62,000 nucleotides of DNA, taken from NCBI GenBank assembly GCA_951406725.2, contig OX597822.1, positions 43,544,001 through 43,606,000 of the forward strand. The letters are read 5' to 3'. Positions within the stretch are counted from its first letter, which is position 1. Every line of letters begins with the position of its first letter. Under the pieces are notes generated by a model. The model had not been told where the DNA came from. It worked only from the letters and a program-made list of their open reading frames with translations, and made no database searches. The stretch is from Octopus vulgaris (lineage: Eukaryota). A program made the position numbers and the translations under genes. Shown here in pieces: positions 1 through 13,820 of this stretch.

Positions 1-111
1 ATTTGCTGCCGATAAATTTGGCGCGAGTGCGACGATTTGAAAATTTTAGGTCAGATATTGCCGAGGCAGGGATAGAGATGCCTCGTGATAATATCTGCTC
101 GGACCTGGCTG

Positions 112-216
112 TTTCTTACTGACGAATCTATCGGCCTATGGAAGATTGGCTTGATTTAATTTAATCAGGTTAGTTTACCATTAAACAATAGATGAAACGG
201 TGCATCGTATAAGAAA
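112..216 (+). ncRNA. type I hammerhead ribozyme, canonical core (copy 1)
   Basis: Helix I UUUCUUA(112-118)/UAAGAAA(210-216); core CUGACGA 119-125; helix II AUCUAU(126-131)/AUAGAU(188-193) with 56-nt loop; GAAA 194-197; helix III ACGG/UCGU with UGCA loop; GUA triplet, predicted cut after 209. Confidence 0.8.
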
Positions 217-595
217 TTACAGGGTAAATGTTTTTTTAATTTTCTCCTGGTTTGCGGAATTAATGTTATTTTGCGGTTGAAGCTTTGGCTGTTATTTCTA
301 GTGGGTGAATGGCCTATTATGGCCATTCCTTGATTGTGATGTTGAACTTATAAATGGTCTATGACTATTTAATTTTTTCCCACTAGGCCGCTGGTGGCAA
401 ATAAATTCTACGAAATTTTTTGCCACCCTATATTGATTAATTATGAATTTTCTGGTTAATTCCGTAATGAAATCGGCGGCTTATATTTGCTGCCGATAAA
501 TTTGGCGCGAGTGCGATGATTTGAAAATTTTAGGTCAGATATTGCCGAGGCAGGGATAGAGATGCCTCGTGATAATATCTGCTCGGACCTGGCTG

Positions 596-700
596 TTTCT
601 TACTGACGAATCTATCGGCCTATGGAAGATTGGCTTGATTTAATTTAATCAGGTTAGTTTACCATTAAACAATAGATGAAACTGTGCATCGTATAAGAAA
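596..700 (+). ncRNA. type I hammerhead ribozyme, canonical core (copy 2)
   Basis: Same motif shifted by 484 nt; a G>T change at 683 puts a mismatch in helix III; predicted cut after 693. Confidence 0.7.
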
Positions 701-854
701 TTACAGGGTAAATGTTTTTTTAATTTTCTCCTGGTTTGCGGAATTAATGTTATTTTGCGGTTGAAGCTTTGGCTGTTATTTCTAGTGGGTGAATGGCCTA
801 TTATGGCCATTCCTTGATTGTGATGTTGATATATATATATATATATATACATAT

Positions 855-1015
855 ATACGACAGGCTTCTTTCAGTTTCTGCCTACCAAATCCACTCACAA
901 GGCATTGGTCGGCCCGGGGCTATAGCAGAAGACACTTGCCCAAGATGCCACGCAGTGGGATTGAACCCGGAACCATGTGGTTGGTTAGCAAGCTACTTAC
1001 AACACAGCCACTCTA
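855..1015 (-). mobile_element. tRNA-derived SINE family A, head segment
   Basis: Reverse complement of GAGTGGCTGTG..TAAGTAGCTTGC..CCACATGGTTCCGGGTTCA.TCCCACTGCGTGGC...GAAAGAAGCC followed by (TA)n; A/B-box-like motifs; many copies in window. Confidence 0.85.
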
Positions 1016-1187
1016 TTTACCCCTTTCTCTCTCTTTCTCTCTCTGTTGAGTGTTTGTGAATATGTATGTATAAATATGTATATATAAATATATAAAGTAA
1101 TATTTATACGTAGGCGCATGTGCGTCGGAATAGTAAAATTTTATCGTTAGGGAATTCAAAATTCATGAAAATAATATACGCTTATAA

Positions 1188-1248
<61 letters not shown>

Positions 1249-1433
1249 TGTATATATATACAGAGAGTGAAAGAGAGAGAGAGAGGGGGTTACATTTTAT
1301 TTTAAAGAAATATGTTTACCGGACGTTTGTAGTTCACTGGCCTTTCAGTAGTTTCAAAGTTTCCCAAAATATCTCTACTTAGTAAACGTCCCCGTGGTGC
1401 TATGAAACCACTGGAAGTGCTACATGTATATAC

Positions 1434-1547
<114 letters not shown>

Positions 1548-2353
1548 ATACATGCATACAAACATATATATATGTATATATATATACACTTATATGTATA
1601 TAGATGTATGTATACATATATATTTTTTTATATATGTATGTATATATACACATACATATATGTTATATATTTATGTTTGTGTGTAGGTGTGTGTGTGTAC
1701 ATTTGTGTGTTTGTGCAAATACACAAACAATTATATGTATACATATACATATTTTTCCGTATATGTATCTAACACATTATGTGTGTTTGTGTGTGTTTGT
1801 TTGCTTTTTTGTCTGTGCGTGTGTGTGTGAATGTGTGTATTTGAAGAATAAGAGTTATAATCCACTTGTATAGAGAAATCATTTACGTTAGAGTAGTCTT
1901 TGTGAAATATGGAAATGTTGCTGGTGTTCCGAACAAACAACTAAATTCTTTATAGCCTCTAAACATTACCAGAGACAACAACAGTGAAACTACACACAGG
2001 AGACATCTTTGCCAGAAATCAGGTTTTTTAAGTTGCCATAAACGTCTGATTGTCGTCTGCTTGTGTTGTCTAATGTGTTTACGTTATATAGATTCGCTGA
2101 ATTAGAGAACATCTTTAAGAAACATAGATTTAATGCACTCACACACGAACAGACATACATGCATACACACATACACTCATGTACAGTGTCTCACGCACAT
2201 ATTTATCTATATACCGATACATATACATACATACATACATACATACATACATACATACATACATACATACACAATACAATATATGTGTGTGTGTGTGCGC
2301 GTCTGTTTCCGTTTATATGTATAGATATATAAATATATATGCGTATATATTTA

Positions 2354-2579
2354 CTGTAATCCCACGCTATATCGTGGTTCACTTATCGCGTTTCACCTAT
2401 CGCGGTTTATCATTTAAGCTTACGTCTGTTCCACCATGGTGTTGTTTTGCCCTTATGATAAAATAATATTTACAAATTATAAAAATAATTCTAAAAATCT
2501 ACAAAAGAAAAAGTACAGTGCTGTTTCTGCTTTGCGGATTTTCACCTATCGTGTGGGGTTTTGGATCGTAACAGCCACG

Positions 2580-2581
<2 letters not shown>
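2354..2581. mobile_element. possible Tigger/pogo-like non-autonomous DNA transposon remnant
   Basis: TA|CTGTAATCCCACGCTATATCGTGGTTCACTTATCGCG resembles pogo/Tigger-type termini; repeated CACCTATCG motifs; right end lost in (CT)n. Confidence 0.3.
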
Positions 2582-2662
<81 letters not shown>

Positions 2663-2715
2663 GTCTGTCTATCTGTCTGTTTGTCTGTTTGTCTGTCTGT
2701 CGGTCTGTTTATATA

Positions 2716-3235
2716 CTGGGGTTGGACAAAATAATGGAAACACCTAGCATCTTAGCATCATAAGTTTGAAATATCTATAAAACCGCCAACACCTTGTTTA
2801 TTTTTATGTTTTTGATTTATTATTAGTGTTGCTTAATATGTTTTGCTAAAATTGCCGTTTCTTTTCAGATATCATCAGAAAAGTATAATTAAAATTCATT
2901 AAAATGACAGATCCATCAGACTTTCAAAGAGATCAAAGTGTTGGTGCTCGTATGACAGGCGTTAGCGCAACGAAAACAGCCGAAATGTTTGTTGTATCAA
3001 GAAGTACTGTCTCGAAAGTAATGACAGCCTTTCAGAAAGACGGAAAACCTCGTCGAAACAAAACTCCTGAAGAAAACCAAAACTTTTAGATAGGAACCGT
3101 CGGACTGTTACGCAAATTGTTAAAAAGTATCACAAAAGTACAGCTCTCAAAATTACTGCAGAGCTTAATGATCACCCCAAGAACCTAGTTTGCACAAAAA
3201 CTATTCACCGGGAGCTGCACAAAGCCGGATACCCA
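2716..3235 (+). mobile_element. Tc1-like transposon 5' remnant (TIR plus N-terminal paired/HTH region of transposase)
   Basis: TA|CTGGGGTTGGACAAAATAATGGAAACACC terminus; ORF 2904-3089 MTDPSDFQRDQSVGARMTGVSATKTAEMFVVSRSTVSKV, continuing after a frameshift (ITAELN...TIHRELHKAG). Confidence 0.75.
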
Positions 3236-3520
3236 GCGTTGCCCGGGTTATAGAAAATGAAATTTTAAAACGCCGTCTAGATCACGTAGACCTCAACTGC
3301 TAGTAGCTGAGATACCAACTTTCTACGTAATTCTGCAACCCATGCCAATATGGAACAGAGACGTTAAGGGAAATCTGAAAGCAATGTTTTCAACTCCTAT
3401 ATGTATATAAAGTTAATACATGTTTGTAACTTATTTCGTAACCAAAAAACAGGTACAGATTATTAACAATAAAAGGCCGCGCGGAGAGTACACACACACA
3501 TACACGCACACACACACAAC

Positions 3521-3659
<139 letters not shown>

Positions 3660-5736
3660 CAGCGAGTTTTCTGGTGTAAATTTATTGAAATTTGCCTTCA
3701 TTCCTTATTTGTCACTTTCGTAGAAATCTACGGATGCATAAACGTACAAAACGGAGAAAAGGAAACGACTAGTTTCCAAGTGGGACACAGTTCTCAAAAG
3801 TAACCCCCCAATCGCTTTCTTCCCAAATTCCTATGTCCCCGGAATCTACATAGTCTGAGGTGTATTTGTGGAGAATTTCATTAAAACATATCGATTTTCT
3901 TGGAAGTTAAGACGAATTGAAATGTGCTCCGGTGGTTTTTTCCCCAACACCTCCTAAAATACTTACCCCTCAAAAATTTTGTATATTCAGAATCTACATG
4001 ATATAACACATATTCGAAGAACATTTTATTAAAAGAATATCCATTTTTCTGAAAGTTATGATCATCCAAATTCGGGTTGGGGACAGAATGCTGCATTTAT
4101 GCCGACATATTTGACACTTTTCTCATAGGTATATTTACATATGCATACAGAAATACAAGGGTGCAGAATATAGTAAACAATGAAAATAACTTGATAACGG
4201 AAATTATGTTTCTTAATACGATGGGCAGAAAGTAAATAAATTTTAACGGAAAATAAAGTATTTTACGGGTTGAAGCGAAATGTGTCACTCAGTGAACCAA
4301 AGAGCCAGTATCGAAGGAACCAGAAAGAAACCGTCGACAACAGAAAAACACAAAACCGTACGGATTATAGTGAAATTTATGAATATAATTTTGTCAGTAA
4401 ATTATGAAATTACTTACATCAGTAATTGCGAATTTCTTTCTGTCAGTAATTTGTCGTTGTTTATTTTGTAAACAGCGATTGAAAACTTAGTGAAAACAAT
4501 AACATGGAAATTAAATAATGGCGTATGAAAATTGATAGTGAAAAAAATAGCGTCTGAAAAATGAAAGTCTAAACAAAAGATATAGATAGAGAGATATGTT
4601 ATAGAGAGATAGAGATAGATGGTAGATAGATAGATAGATAGAGATGGAGAGAGAGAGAGAGAGGGAGAAAAGGATAGAGAGATATACATAACGATATATG
4701 TTACGTCACTGACACTAGAAAGCCGGAATTCAATATTTTCAAAAACTTTCAAAGATGTGAATGTAATATAAAAAGCAATATTTAAAAAAAAATCAAATGA
4801 ACAGCCTATTATTTGTCCGTTTGTCCGAGGTCTAATTATTCATGTCATGCATCACAAGTATGAAAGCAATTGGTGAAGATGTTTTCATATGAAAAGTGAA
4901 TACGTACACATCTCTATTATATATATTTCGTATATATATATGTGTGCGTGTGTCTATACAGAGAATTACATATGTATATATATGTATATGTACATATGAA
5001 TATATATATATACTGTATATACATAGAAAGTGCGAGTGAGAGTGTGAGAGAGAGATAATTGCGCATGTATTTAATGAATGTGTAAGTGTATCTCCATGTC
5101 TATATCTTTGTGTGTGCGCGTGTGTGTGTGTGTTTGTGTGTGTGTGCATGTATAAACATATAGGCACATCGTGGCCAAGTAGTTAAATGTGCTTTGGACT
5201 CAAATGGTTTGAAGGTGAACTTCACTGCGTTACATCTTACTCCCGTCATCTTTTACGAAATTCTCCACTTTATTTAAATATTTTCAATCTAATCTTTTAG
5301 ATGGAGACTAAATGAAAGCCCGGCTGGTTAATTATACTTATGCTGTCGGTGATGATCAACAAATACAGATTATTTTCTGCAGATTTCACACACACTTCAT
5401 AGCTGATGAAACCACTTCTTCCTTTTTGTCGCGATAGATACAACCTGTCGACGTCACATGGAGGTGTAGAGCTCCTTCGAGTGTCATCATTTTGCTTGTC
5501 TTTCTATCATTATTTTACCCCTGTATCGCACCAGCACTATATCTCAGAGCTGCAACGGTCCATGTATTGACAGTCAGCATCTTATTTCACCACACTTAAC
5601 TATCTTTTTAACACTAACTTCAGTCTCCGTTTACATCCATTTTATAACAATTCTTTCATTTGGTCTGTTTCCGGAATGTCTAAGTTCTTATACTCGTTGA
5701 GGTCAATTTCCTCCATAGATCGCCCGTCTCATAATA

Positions 5737-6087
5737 CGAGGGTGAGTCAAAAAAATAATGCCATTTTGTTTAGGACAGGTATAATTACCACCACAGGAAC
5801 ATGTATCATACATCAAAATGAAGCTGGTCATCTGTGGATCACATCCCTACTTCTCAATATAGTCATCGTTTCTCTCAATAACAATGTTCCACTTTCGAAT
5901 GAGAGCATGTATACCTGCTCCGTAAAATTCTGTTGACCGTTCTTTGAGCCACTTCTTCACTACTTTTTTCACTTCCTCGTCACTGGACTATCATCTCATC
6001 GGCCCCATGAAAGAGGGTTTGAGAGGCAAACTTCCAGTGACGAGGAAGTAAAAACTGTAGTGAAGAAGTGGCTCAAAGAACAGTCAA
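5737..6087. mobile_element. mariner transposon 3' remnant with internal inversion
   Basis: TA|CGAGGGTGAGTCAAAA terminus; the minus strand encodes a mariner-like C-terminus (SDEEVK..VKKWLKE...GIHALIRKWNIVIERNDDYIEK); the plus strand from 5986 encodes DYHLIGPMKEGLRGK; arms 5933-5987 and 6033-6087 are inverted. Confidence 0.8.
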
Positions 6088-6265
6088 TTAAAAATTCCAT
6101 TCTCTGAAATTACTTATTTACTAAACAAAAAAGATTTTAGAGCGTAAAGGGAGAGGGAAAAAGAGGAAGGAGGAGAAAAGGAGAGAGGAAGAAAGAGGGA
6201 GAGGGAAAGAAAGAGTGAAGGATAGAGATACAAAGTATTCAATAATTACATTCAAATCGATTTTG

Positions 6266-6565
6266 TGGTTGCGAGCTTACAGACTCGTTAGCACGACGTG
6301 CGAAATGCTTTGCAGTATTTCGTCTGCCGTTACGTTCTGAGTTCAAATTCCGCCGAGGTCGACTTTGCCTTTCATCCTTTTGGGGTCGATTAAATAAGTA
6401 CCATTTACGCACTGGAGTCGATGTAGTCGACTTAATCCGTTTGTTCTCTTTGTGTTTAGCCCCTTGTGGATAGTAAAGAAATTGGTACTTCGTCTCTCTT
6501 TACGTTCTGAGTTCAAATTCCGCCGTGGTCAGCTTTGCCTTTTATCCTTTCGGGGTAGATAAATT
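6266..6565 (+). mobile_element. Deu/Nin-domain SINE, two tandem pieces
   Basis: TTCTGAGTTCAAATTCCGCCGAGGTCGACTTTGCCTTTCATCC...GGGGTCGAT..ATAAGTACC occurs twice; the core resembles the Deu/Nin SINE domain. Confidence 0.75.
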
Positions 6566-6589
6566 TTCTACTGTAGGCACAATATCCGT

Positions 6590-6773
6590 AATTTTGGGGG
6601 ACGGGGAAGTCGATTAGATCGATCCTAGAACGCAATTAGTGCTTAATTTATCGACCCCGAAAGGATAAAGGCAGAGTCGATCTCGGCGGAATTTGAACTC
6701 AGAACGTAACAGCAGACGAAATACCGCTAAGCATTTCGCCTGGCGTGCAAACGTTTCTTCCAACTTGCCGCCT
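6590..6773 (-). mobile_element. Deu/Nin-domain SINE
   Basis: Reverse complement of the same family (ATCGACCCCGAAAGGATAAAGGCAGAGTCGATCTCGGCGGAATTTGAACTCAGAACGTAAC). Confidence 0.8.
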
Positions 6774-8072
6774 TAAATTTGAAACAAATACTAGTCCCTC
6801 GATCTGGTCTGTATTTTCCTTTAATTTATCAACCGTGTCAAAGATCAAATTAATAATTATTTTCCATCTTTAAGCCTCAGTATGTGTCTGTCTATAAAGA
6901 AGTCGATGATTTTTCAAAGAACCTTACCAAAATTCTCATAAACCTTACAAATCAATAACGAATGCAATAAGAGGATGAACAGTGAAAATTTTCCAGCACC
7001 AGCCTGTGTGTCAAAAAATTAAAAAAACGCATGTTCTTGATTGGGCTGCGGCAATGTCGTGCATTTTTTGGATGTGGAGATGAAGGGCTATTCCATTATG
7101 ACGACTGCTGCTTCGTGTCACGGTATTATTACTCGTAGACCTAACTATTGTCACCGGTGATGATCCTCGACAGGCAGGATGTGTAATCAGACTTAGGCGC
7201 AATGTTCATGAGAGAATCGCAGGCTACAGCGTACACGTGATGACACGAACAAAATTCACAACTTGCGAAGTAAACACAGAGATATCATTCGGCATACTAC
7301 CCCATGAAGGACAACCGTGTGCAGCTATCTGCTGGAGTTCTACAGAACAAGCCGTATACAAATAGCACTTTGGATTCTATGCGTCGACGAACATAGAATA
7401 TAATTGTCCTTCTAATGATAACTAAAATTCATACGAAAATATGTTTAACCAGACAACGCTGTATTTAAATGAATATCAAAACTATACATTAGCGCCCCCT
7501 CTCCGAAATTATGTGCACATAACTTTCATAATATATATTTTTAACGACATTTTCCGCTATAAAATTTTTCCAACGTCGAGATAACGATTATGAAGTTGAA
7601 ACGAAAATATACTTTATTTATTTTTGTATCCATAATGAAAGATGTTTACAAGTGTTTCACTTCCAAATACTTTGTTTTGTAATCATCTCACCCCTTCAGC
7701 ATTTTTTTTTGATTTGCGAAATTTGTCTTTTAACTTTGACAAAAAAGAAAGTGGAGTTCCGCATGCATGGCGCCGAATACCGAGTAACTCGGCTAGGATT
7801 CACAAGGTACTACATATTTGAAGAGTTGGTGTGTTCTCGGAATCGTTACAATGTTGGATAAATTCTCTTGGTTGTTGAGTTATGTCACTTTTCTTTCTCT
7901 ATTCACATATCACTGTTGTAAAGTGAATTTACATGTCTGGAAAAAATCGATAGACGTATAAATGTACAACTTATCGATAAGCAGATCGGATGAAATATGT
8001 TATTGAAGAATTTATTAATATAAGTTATTGTAGGATATAAGTAATTAACAATTACCATATTGTTCATATATG

Positions 8073-8139
<67 letters not shown>

Positions 8140-8205
8140 TATAGATATGTATGTAGTACATATGTACATATAAATAGATATATATACATATATATATATA
8201 TATAT

Positions 8206-8275
<70 letters not shown>

Positions 8276-8922
8276 TGAACAGGTATTTATATATCCAGTT
8301 TTATTCTGCAGTCGATCACGTTTCATATTTTTCTGCTGCGACTTTGTGTAGGCTGTAAACTTTTGCTTCTTGGAGTACATTTTGGTGTTAATTGCCATTT
8401 CTTTGGGGTGGTATTTGCAGTGTTTCGCTTCCTTTCTGAAGTAAATACAAGTCCAGCTCGAAAATTGCTTACACGTGGTGTTAGTATTTAAAAATAGCCT
8501 AAATTCGGACATTTTTCAACCCTCCTGGTTAGATAATATATATACATGTATATATAAATATCCAAGGAAGAATATCGATGTTGCACGGACCACGGTCAGG
8601 CCCAGAAAGAAAGAGCGAGCAGTCTGGCGGATCGGTCACGTGGGAAGAGAAGAGAGAGAAAACTAGAAGCAGAGGAACAAAAGAATTAAAGTGGGGTAAG
8701 AGAAGAGAGAGAAGTAGAGAGACAGAAGAATTAAAGAGGGGCGAGAAAAATTGACAGAGATACAGTGAAGTGAAAAGTGGAGCGATAGTGAGTAAGAAGA
8801 CAAGGCAAAGAAATGTGAGAGAGGGGGAACGAAAGAACGAAGAGTGGAATGAACGAATAAGCGTGAAAGGGTTGATAGAAATAGAATCGTCCAAGATTTT
8901 TAGAAATGTGTACTTACATATA

Positions 8923-9304
8923 GGAGCACTCCATCGGTTGTGACGATGAGGGTCCCAGCTGATACGATCAACGGAACAGCTTGCTCGTGATATTAACGTG
9001 CAAGTGGCTGAGCATTCCACATACACGTGTACCCTTAACGTAGTTCTCGGGGAGATTCAGCGTGACACACATGATGTGACAAGGCTGGCCCCTTGAAGTA
9101 CAGGTACAAGAGAAACAGGAAGAAAGAGTGAGAGAAAGTTGTGGTGAAAGAGTACAGCAGGATTCACCACCACCCCCTGCCGGAGCCTCGTGGAACTTTA
9201 GGTGTTTTCGCTCAATAAACACTCACAATGCCCGGTCTGGGAATCGAAACCGCGATCCTCCGACTGCGAGTCCGCTGCCCTAACCACTGGGCCATTGCGC
9301 CTCC
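8923..9304 (-). mobile_element. tRNA(Arg)-like-headed SINE family B, apparently full length (possibly OR-type octopus SINE)
   Basis: The minus strand reads GGAGGCGCAATGGCCCAGTGGTTAGGGCAGCGGACTCGCAGTCGGAGGATCGCGGTTTCGATTCCC: A box, TCG in anticodon-like position, B box. A second copy is at 27375. Confidence 0.75.
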
Positions 9305-9766
9305 ATACTTACATATAAGAGAACAAAGTGTACGTACGCCGCTATATATATATAATACAAAATAGGACAAGAACGCAAAACATCCGGACAACTAGATGAT
9401 ACAAAAAGGGACAACAAGACATCCAGATAGACGATACAAAAATATATATGTATATGTATATGTATAAATAAAACTTTGTGAATTTAGTACTTGTCTTTAG
9501 GAGGCTGTGTCGAGGGTTTCTATTTTGACTCAGTTGCGACTATCGATTCATGACAATACTTATAAATGTTGTGCTGTGTGGGAAGCGGCATGCCACAGAA
9601 TAGATCCAACGTTTCTTCTCCGTTGTTGTAAAAGGTGACTAAACCTATGAGTTGGAGAGTTGCCGCCTGACTGGTTCAAAGGCGCCATCTACCAGGATTA
9701 GAGAATCAACAACAAATGGTCCATGTAGCGACGCGCTGCAACAGCGCACGTCCCCATAAAACAACA

Positions 9767-9849
<83 letters not shown>

Positions 9850-10929
9850 TGCTGCTGGTGGTGGTGTTGCTGTTGCTACCGCTACTGCTGCTGCCCCTTA
9901 TAAATTTTAATGTTATTTTTAAGGTTATAAATTAAATCAATTTTCTGGCCGAAGACTGTTCATTTCCCCGTAGTAAGCTCACCATGGAGACGTTGTCTTG
10001 ATTCGTACGTATTATTCCGTTGACCGTGTGGTAATTCCAATAAATAATCAGACTTTCGCGTAGCAAAAGAATTTGTCGCTAAGTATTTCATGCTCCAGAT
10101 CTCTTTCTTCGCCTTTTAAATAGATAGACACCGTTGGCCATTTGGAAGTGTGATAGATTTAGCTGCTATGCTTAGGTATCAAAGTGCAGCCTAGAAATTT
10201 TCATATAACTGTAGCTAACATTCACGTTATGTTAATTGAAAACGATAAAAAGAATTGTGGTAATTAAGACTTAGTGGCAATTGCCTTTTTTGTATTAGCG
10301 CTCATAAATATCTTGTAATTTTCGAAATCACTGTTAACACAGCAACGGAAGATTACAGTTCTGGCGACAAGCTTGAAGTAACAGAAAAATAATCATCTTT
10401 ACAATAATTCGATACAATATTCTTTGTTTTGTTGGTAATGTAATCTTAATAGCACATACATTTACGTATATGCGTCTGTCTGTCTGTCTGCCTGTTTGTA
10501 TATAAGTATGTATGTATGTATGTATATATATTTATGCATATGTGTGTGTAACAATACATCCATTTAGTCATGTATAAATTTACGCATATATGTATGTATA
10601 TATGTATGTATGTAAGTATGTATGTATACACATGTTTTCGTATCTATAACGTTACGATACGTCTCGGTCGAATTGTACCAATAGTGTATGTTTTCTTTTT
10701 CCAATATTTTTATTAAATTATTCATAACTAACGTCAAACATGATGTTTAACAGGTAAATAATACCGAAACATAAATCATCGGCGACATTACATAATAACA
10801 TATATCTAAGACAGAACGAATGTCGTGTCTTCATTTCTTTGTTGATGTATCATCTTCTCATTTATTTGGTCACATGATAGCACATTGTCTTCTAAACATA
10901 TTGTCAAATATTTAGCGCCGCATTCCCTT

Positions 10930-10997
<68 letters not shown>

Positions 10998-11130
10998 GCA
11001 TACATACCTACACACACCCACACACACAGACACGCACACACACACAGACACACACACATATATATATATATATGCATAAATACCTACACACACCCACACA
11101 CACAGACACGCACACACACACAGACACACA

Positions 11131-11178
<48 letters not shown>

Positions 11179-11337
11179 CATACCTCTAACGCCCGTTTTA
11201 CTCGTATATTTCGATAATCTTTTCCTTCCGTGCTTTCTATAGTATGTATGACGCTTCCCTCTTTATCTCCTTCTCTCTCATTCCTCCCTCTCTCTCTTTA
11301 TAAGATATATATATTTATATATATGAAAAACGTATTC

Positions 11338-11727
11338 TAGGCGCAGGATTTTCAATAGGCGCAGGACTTTCAATAGGTGCAGGATTTGCTGTGTGTTAAG
11401 TAGCTTACTTATCAACCACATGGTTCGGGGTTCAGTCCCGCTGCGTCGTTCAGCCTTGCTTGTGGATTTGGTAGACGGAAACTGAAAGAAACCCGTCGTA
11501 TATATACATGTGTTTGTGTGTGTGTATGTTTGTGTGTCTGTGTTTGTCCTCCCATCATAGCTTGACAACCGGTGCTGGTGTATTTATGTCCCCGTAACTT
11601 AGCGGTTCGGCAAAAGAGACCGATAGAATAAGTACTAGGCTTACAAAGAATAAGTCTTGGGTCGATTTGCTCGACTAAAGGCGGTGCTCCAAATGACTGA
11701 AACAAGTAAAAGAGTAAAAGAATAAAA
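11338..11727 (+). mobile_element. SINE family A (head, TA/TG linker, tail)
   Basis: Head motif, short microsatellite linker, and tail GCTTGACAACCG..GTAACTTAGCGGTTCGGCAAAAGAGACCGATAGAATAAGTACTAGG...AAATGACTGAAACAAGTAAAAGAG. Confidence 0.85.
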
Positions 11728-12354
11728 ACTATTCATTCCTTGCACGTTCTGGCAGATTCCACCGGGAATATTCGAAGATTGTTGTTTCTCTTCGGTGAAG
11801 ACGTCCTCGTTTTAGGTGACGTGTATTTATAAGACATACGAGTGAACAATGAACAAGGTCATTGACATGCCGAGGCGTTTCGGCCTCTTTATGCGTCACC
11901 TCAGCTATAACGCCGGACCTATGAATCTGACATTAACAAGAGTCCTTGTTGTTAGGAATCAGCAAACATAATATTTGCTGATTTTTACGGATGCTCGCCA
12001 AATAGATAAGAAATCCTGAGGTGCAGGCAGAACGGTGAAAATCCAAATAATAACGTATCTATTGATACTTGACACGTTCTGACACATTAGAACGTGAATA
12101 TCTTATGACTGTTGTTTAACGCCAGTGGATAACACATCCTCCCTTTAGAGAATCTCTATGCACAATAAATAGAAACATTTTGGCGCCTAACCCTACACTG
12201 GTAAATTGTGAGTACGTCTAGAGGAATAGGTGTTCTCCGATGAAGAAAAACATCAGTAGTTAGATATTCACAGTGGGTTCTACTAGAACGTATGAAGTAT
12301 AAATACTTTACTGATTGTAATCTGTTCTCCTTTCATCATATGATCTATATATCT

Positions 12355-13422
<1,068 letters not shown>

Positions 13423-13504
<82 letters not shown>

Positions 13505-13505
13505 C

Positions 13506-13571
<66 letters not shown>

Positions 13572-13735
13572 GTCTATCTGTCTGTCTGCCTGTCTGCCTG
13601 CGTGTATGTCTGTCTGTCTGACTGACTGCCTGTCTATGTATGTATGTATGTATGTATATATGTATGTGTGTATCTATCTATCTATCTATCTATCTATATA
13701 TATATATATCTATCTATGTATATATCAATCAATCA

Positions 13736-13820
<85 letters not shown>
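13423..13820. repeat. compound (TCTA)n/(TCTG)n/(TATG)n microsatellite between Tx1 copies A and B
   Basis: Directly visible. Confidence 0.95.

Larger units (their letters stand above)
1..829 (+). repeat. 484-bp tandem repeat (about 1.7 copies visible, truncated by window edge), ending at a (TA)n tract; retrozyme-like
   Basis: ATTTGCTGCCGATAAATTTGG at 1 and 485; near-identical through ...GTGATGTTGA (345 vs 829); each unit contains a hammerhead motif. Confidence 0.9.

Noticed and set aside
2850-2885. CTGATGA...GAAA on the minus strand
   Set aside because: No helix I, II or III pairing; it lies in the Tc1 leader and is a chance match.
8923-9304. tRNA-Arg gene
   Set aside because: The cloverleaf does not close and the sequence continues into a SINE body; it is a tRNA-derived SINE head.
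11865-11914. Hammerhead-like string on the minus strand (CUGAGGU...GGCC GAAA CGCCUC)
   Set aside because: A9 is altered, helices II and III are mismatched and helix I is absent; at most a heavily decayed remnant.
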